DNA of 64,000 nucleotides from a virus: IMG/VR virus record IMGVR_UViG_3300011113_000736, positions 6,610 to 70,609 of that record; one strand, 5' to 3'. Shown piece by piece: positions 59,482 to 64,000 of this stretch (position 1 is its first letter; each line of letters starts with the position of its first letter). The notes under the pieces were generated by a model. It saw only the letters and a program-made list of their open reading frames with translations, ran no database searches and was not told where the DNA came from. The position numbers and the translations under genes were made by a program.

Positions 59482-60102
59482 TTAGCAGTAATGTGGGCGA
59501 TAGTTGCCTGAGTGGTTTTCGCCGGGGAACCACTCGGTGGTTATCCAAAATTCGTTTGGACCGTCTGGTTCTGGAAGGAAGTCTGGTTCAAGTCCACGAG
59601 CTTCCAGCCAGTCAAGGGAGTCGGCAAGGTGCCGATTATGTTGATCTCTTTGGGCGTTATTGAGTTCTTCAGCGAGTTGTCGCATTTCCTCTCTGATTTG
59701 GTAGGCTTGCTCTTGGTTTTCGCACTCATAAGACTGTTGGAGATATGAGGAAGTATACCACCAACCTCCTTCTTCTGGACCTCCGTATTGGTCACAGGAG
59801 TCATAGATTGATATGTATTTGTAGGGTGGTTGGATTCGTGTGCCGTATTCGCATTGGCACACTTCTCCTTGGATTCCGTCGCAAGTATATTCGCAATTTT
59901 TTATATTTTGACAACGCCCATCCTTGAAGTCAGGGACTTTACAATTACACTTATTGGTGATTTGGTGGTTACAATGACCACAAATCATTTGTGGTCTATC
60001 AATTTCATAATATTCTTCTTCGATTTTGTAAACATCAAAGACTTTCTTCAAATTATACTTCTGTGCGATGGTTTGAAAGGACTGCTGATTGAACTTAGCC
60101 AT
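59482..60102 (-). CDS. Hypothetical Cys-rich early protein
   Basis: YGGPEEGGWWY motif. Confidence 0.7.
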   Translation of the reverse strand: MAKFNQQSFQTIAQKYNLKKVFDVYKIEEEYYEIDRPQMICGHCNHQITNKCNCKVPDFKDGRCQNIKNCEYTCDGIQGEVCQCEYGTRIQPPYKYISIYDSCDQYGGPEEGGWWYTSSYLQQSYECENQEQAYQIREEMRQLAEELNNAQRDQHNRHLADSLDWLEARGLEPDFLPEPDGPNEFWITTEWFPGENHSGNYRPHYC

Positions 60103-60109
60103 TATATTT

Positions 60110-60179
60110 CTCCTATATGTGCTGATTTGTGAATTGGTATCAGCGACCATTTTTGGTCATAACCACCTTGGTTTGACCT
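60110..60179 (-). ncRNA. Conserved structured 5' leader, copy 4 (first stem replaced)
   Basis: Inner stem AACCA/TGGTT instead of TTGCAA/TTGCAA; 3' half conserved. Confidence 0.7.
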
Positions 60180-60276
60180 TGTTAAATTGTAGCAAAAAAA
60201 TAAGAGTTTGTCAAGTGCAAAAATAAAAAAACCCCCGGTGGTTAGCCGGGGGTTTGTGGATTACTAATATGGTTTC

Positions 60277-60621
60277 TCAAGCGGTGGCGAGAACTTTTAA
60301 GATCGGACAAACTGTCGAAAAGCTCTCTATCACAGCTTCACCCTTTTCGATTGCTTCTTCTGCAATCTTGAGGGCTTTATGCTCGTCAAATGTGGGATAA
60401 TCCACATTTTCCTTACAGATTTGTTTGTTCTTGATATTATTGATTACTATGTGTTGGGTTATGATTTTATATTCTTGTTCATTGACAAGAATCCTTTCGG
60501 ATTCCCTATTGACGATAAGGCGATCCCATTGGGAGTGTCCGAAGTAGAAATAGTTCCACCCGTTTGAGTGGAGATTGCAAGTTGTCCCCGTTGGGATAAT
60601 ACGAAACTTTGCCTTTGCCAT
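60277..60621 (-). CDS. Hypothetical early protein
   Basis: Promoter, hairpin, SD AAGGAG and terminator. Confidence 0.65.
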   Translation of the reverse strand: MAKAKFRIIPTGTTCNLHSNGWNYFYFGHSQWDRLIVNRESERILVNEQEYKIITQHIVINNIKNKQICKENVDYPTFDEHKALKIAEEAIEKGEAVIESFSTVCPILKVLATA

Positions 60622-60700
60622 TGTGATACTCCTTTCCAGCACCCATTGCTGGATTTGTATTGTATCAAAACATTTAGGATATGTCAAGTGGGGAAATGGT

Positions 60701-60943
60701 TTATTTTTTCATTTCGTTAAATCTTTGGGTGACTAGGTGGCTAATCTCCCTGCGGATGTGTTGGATTTGTGTGGGAGTTGCGTCCTTTAGATGGTCTTTC
60801 ATAAGGACGAGTAATTTATCAATCCTGTCTTGGATTTGAATAAGTTTGAGATCATCAGAGATGGAATAGGGCATATGGGCGATCCTCCTTGATAATTTAG
60901 TTAAATAAAATAAACTATGGGATAGTTTTCTCCCATAGTTCAT
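60701..60943 (-). CDS. Hypothetical protein (start uncertain)
   Basis: ORF. Confidence 0.45.
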   Translation of the reverse strand: MNYGRKLSHSLFYLTKLSRRIAHMPYSISDDLKLIQIQDRIDKLLVLMKDHLKDATPTQIQHIRREISHLVTQRFNEMKK

Positions 60944-60965
60944 TTTAGTGTATTGTTGGTTTTAT

Positions 60966-61229
60966 TCAATCCCAACTTTCTTTTTTCGATCCAAATAGCA
61001 ATTTCCAAACTTCTTTAATCATTTCCCATTCTTCTTCGTTTAGATCGGTCTGCCATTGTTGCCTATCTGGATCTTCGCTGAAACTCAAAAGTTCAGCGAA
61101 ATACTTTTCGCTGTTGATAACGACATTTAGCTTTCTGGTTAATTCATTATCTTTTCTTTCTTCTTCGGTCAATTGATTCTCTTGCATATATGCAATGAAA
61201 TCATCTTGTGACCAGTCTTGTTCTTCCAT
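60966..61229 (-). CDS. Acidic early protein
   Basis: TTGACA-17-TATAAT; SD AAGGAG. Confidence 0.7.
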   Translation of the reverse strand: MEEQDWSQDDFIAYMQENQLTEEERKDNELTRKLNVVINSEKYFAELLSFSEDPDRQQWQTDLNEEEWEMIKEVWKLLFGSKKESWD

Positions 61230-61362
61230 GTTATTTCTCCTTAATCGGCAACCTTTGCCGATAGCTTATTATACCAAATCTGTGATGTAATGTCAATGCT
61301 TTGTGAAAATATAAATTTGCATAAAAAAATCCCCTTGGGGTTAGCCAAGGGGATCTGTTGGT

Positions 61363-62067
61363 TTATTCTTCGGCGTTTATTTCATCTAGGGCGTGGTTCT
61401 GGTATTCTTTCCAGAAGAGAGGAAAGTAATCTCTGACATAGCAGAGAAGATCATATAGTTTATCCAAATTACCATCAAACTCATTTCTTGTATAGTCCTC
61501 ATCTTCCCAGAAGGTATGTCTACAGCCTGACATGGCATAAGTGGCATACCTTTCTGCTCTGGATTCACTTGAAAAGAATTGTTCCCTCTTGGCATTTTGA
61601 CTGTTGATAAGGTCATGAAGAATCTTCATACCTTCAAAGGTGTCAATTCCTTCAAGGTTGTATTTTTGGACGAAAAAGGCAGCGGTTTCCTCAAGCTGCC
61701 TTCTTTTGGATATCCTTTGTTTTTCCTGATAGTTTTCTTTTGTTTGGATTTTAGAAGATTGATACTCTTCTTCTCCAAAGAAGTTTTGGAAAGTTTGAAA
61801 GAAAGTTTCTTGTGTGGTGATATTTTGGAGTATGGAAACGACATTTTGGTCGAATTTTACTGTATCGTTTTCGCATTCCATAAAGTTTTTGACAATTTCC
61901 CTAATTGCTTCTTCTGTAGTGAGGCAATAGGAATTGCCAGCTGGCGTGTAATAATTGCCGTCATCGTCATAATCTGGTGCAAATTGCACTTCTACGATAA
62001 ATTGTTGATTTTCTGGGAATAGGTTAATGATTCTTTGTACTTCTTTTTCGATATCATTAGTAATCAT
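61363..62067 (-). CDS. Hypothetical early protein
   Basis: TTGACA-17-TATAAT; SD AAGGAG. Confidence 0.7.
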   Translation of the reverse strand: MITNDIEKEVQRIINLFPENQQFIVEVQFAPDYDDDGNYYTPAGNSYCLTTEEAIREIVKNFMECENDTVKFDQNVVSILQNITTQETFFQTFQNFFGEEEYQSSKIQTKENYQEKQRISKRRQLEETAAFFVQKYNLEGIDTFEGMKILHDLINSQNAKREQFFSSESRAERYATYAMSGCRHTFWEDEDYTRNEFDGNLDKLYDLLCYVRDYFPLFWKEYQNHALDEINAEE

Positions 62068-62133
62068 TTCATTCTCCTTGTGGTTCAGCAACCATTGCTG
62101 ATAGACATATTATAACATAAAAGACATGATATG

Positions 62134-62343
62134 TCAAGTTTTAGTAATTGCTTCTATTGCTTCTTCTTTTCCTTTTTTGCCAAAGAAGGAACCGATAAAG
62201 ACTCCTGCTTTGTAGGCTTGCCAAGGATATGTCTCCGTCTTTGTGTTCTTATGCTTTATTAACATTCCAACTATCTTTTCGTTGTTTCTTACCAAATATT
62301 CCACCCACTTATCCAACTTCCTATATGCTTCTGTAGTAACCAT
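62134..62343 (-). CDS. Hypothetical early protein
   Basis: TTGACT-17-TAAAAT; SD AGGAG. Confidence 0.65.
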   Translation of the reverse strand: MVTTEAYRKLDKWVEYLVRNNEKIVGMLIKHKNTKTETYPWQAYKAGVFIGSFFGKKGKEEAIEAITKT

Positions 62344-62487
62344 TACTTTTCTCCTGATCGGCACGATTACCGATAGGTTTATTTTATCATAAAAATTGCT
62401 ATAAGTCAAGTCTGTGATTAGGTTTATGGAAATAAAAAACCCCGCTGGGGTGACCAGCGGGGCATAGGGTTTGTGGATGGCTAAGGA

Positions 62488-63468
62488 TTAGCCAGCGACT
62501 TGTACTGCGAGGTCGAGGGCTCGCTTGTTGAGATTGGCACCTTGCCCGAACCAGAGGCTGGTGTAACGGTTATCGGCGTTACGCCCAGCGTTGTGGGACA
62601 AATGTTCGGTGACTGCGTTGTACGCAGACCACCAAGTGCCAGCGGCGAGGTCGCTGCCGGTGCCGAGGTAAGCGAGATCGGAGATCTCCTTAACTCGATT
62701 GAAAGATCGGGTGGACATTTCACCGTTGTCGTCCACATCGACATCGAGAACCTTGATGACATATTCAACAAGATCCTTGTGGTTTACTATCTTGCTCTTG
62801 GCGAGGAAGCGATATTGCTCCATCGTTGCTTGGAACTCGCTATTAGCGAGAACCATGATTTCCCTGACTTTGTCAAGGACTTCGTGTTGACGGCGATGGT
62901 GCCGGATTCGGAGCAGTTTGGATTCTGCGTTAGACTTGGCGGATGCCAAGGTATTGGCGCAGACTACCCTAATCGGCGTGAAGCCAGCACGGGTGCTTTG
63001 TGTCCCGTCGAAGCTGGTTGAGAGAAGGATATAACGAGAGATGGCATCTCCCTTTACTACTTCTTCGTTTTCTTCGTTGATCTTAGCGAGAGCAAAGATG
63101 ACTTTGCCATCACGCAAAGAACCGGCGGTTTCAAAAGTTGCCAAGTTGGCATCGACAATGGGTTGGAACCATTCCAACGCTTCACTTGGCTGAATCGGTT
63201 CCCATTGGGGACCGACTGTGCCTAGGTAGGCATGGTCAACATCACGGATGACACCGAAGCTATCGTTAGTGGCGATGAACTCGTCGTTTTCATCCTTACG
63301 GAAGAGGGGAGACTTATAGACTCCCCAATCCATATTAGCTGCCTTTAGGAATTCCCTGTAATCCTTGGTGGCATCTCCTTCCACAAGCTGACCAAGGGAG
63401 TGCCAGCCGGGTTGACCGGCATAGGCGAAGCTGTCCTTACCATTACGCTTTTCAATTTCGTGAGCCAT
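62488..63468 (-). CDS. DUF932/DUF945-family phage/plasmid protein
   Basis: MAHE..PGWHSLG, FETAGSL, TPIRVVCANT, GTWWSAYNAVTE. Confidence 0.88.
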   Translation of the reverse strand: MAHEIEKRNGKDSFAYAGQPGWHSLGQLVEGDATKDYREFLKAANMDWGVYKSPLFRKDENDEFIATNDSFGVIRDVDHAYLGTVGPQWEPIQPSEALEWFQPIVDANLATFETAGSLRDGKVIFALAKINEENEEVVKGDAISRYILLSTSFDGTQSTRAGFTPIRVVCANTLASAKSNAESKLLRIRHHRRQHEVLDKVREIMVLANSEFQATMEQYRFLAKSKIVNHKDLVEYVIKVLDVDVDDNGEMSTRSFNRVKEISDLAYLGTGSDLAAGTWWSAYNAVTEHLSHNAGRNADNRYTSLWFGQGANLNKRALDLAVQVAG

Positions 63469-63598
63469 TTCAGTAACTCCTTATCTAGCTTTGAGTTGTT
63501 TTGGCGAAGTGCCTCAACAACGAACCTATCGTAACACAAAAAAAAAGTTTTGTCAATCTGGAAAAAAAATTCGTGGTTTTAGGTTTTCCTAAAATTGT

Positions 63599-63904
63599 TT
63601 AGTAAATTTTTTCGATTTGTGGCTTAGTAACCAATTGGTTATCTTCCCAAATCCCAAAAAAGCTGTTGACGATTTTGAATTTAGTAATAAATCCTTCCTC
63701 CTTAGAGTACACATTGATACGCCAGCGGTTTTCCCATGTATTGATTGCTCGTACATGGGAGAAGTTTTTTGGTACTCCTAGTTCTGTAATAATTTTATTT
63801 TCTAAAAATTGTTTCAGATCAAGGATCTGAGGTTTATCTTCTACTTTCTCAATAGCTGGTGGTTCGATTACGCTTGCATTCTTGGTTTCTTTCTTCTTAG
63901 CCAT
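63599..63904 (-). CDS. Hypothetical early protein
   Basis: NTWENRWRINVY; promoter TTGACA-17-TATAAT. Confidence 0.7.
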   Translation of the reverse strand: MAKKKETKNASVIEPPAIEKVEDKPQILDLKQFLENKIITELGVPKNFSHVRAINTWENRWRINVYSKEEGFITKFKIVNSFFGIWEDNQLVTKPQIEKIY

Positions 63905-64000
63905 TGTTACACTCCTTATAACGGTTGTCATATCGGCACCATGCCGACAAAATAATTATATCAAAAAAGGCATGGGTTGTCAAGCCCATGCCTTTTCGTT

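Noticed and set aside
57116-60150. Shared N-terminal peptide MVAKDQ.../...LIPKHKSAHIG in the ORF track
   Set aside because: Artefact of reading through the repeated leader; the frames differ between copies and true starts follow the AGGAG SD
1-64000. Alternative genetic code (stop-codon reassignment)
   Set aside because: Core genes are intact and densely packed under the standard code

Overview
This window is part of a large T4-like (Tevenvirinae-related, probably jumbo) dsDNA bacteriophage genome. 0.1-8.4 kb is the head module: major capsid, scaffold, gp21-like prohead protease and an intein-containing portal. 8.5-38 kb holds the terminase large subunit, accessory enzymes, a glycan-modification cluster and a sigma-factor-like gene, with tRNA-Asn at 38.7 kb. 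The most striking feature is about 20 otherwise unrelated genes, densest at 35.8-51.5 kb, that share an N-terminal peptide (M-x-x-F-K/R-E/Q-W/F/Y-L...E) resembling the T4 internal-protein capsid-targeting sequence (CTS). Most sit 4-6 nt behind a TAAATA late-promoter core. Their cargo includes several ADP-ribosyltransferase-like domains (three paralogues with swapped repeat tails), a GNAT, a Nudix enzyme and an OspF/Lan-lyase-like domain, suggesting a virion-packaged effector arsenal. 52-64 kb is an early region with a ParB gene flanked by 48-bp pseudo-palindromic repeats near a GC-skew change, and about 15 promoter-hairpin-gene-terminator cassettes. Four of these share a conserved structured leader RNA with a predicted H-type pseudoknot. 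All calls were made by eye from motifs; no searches were run.
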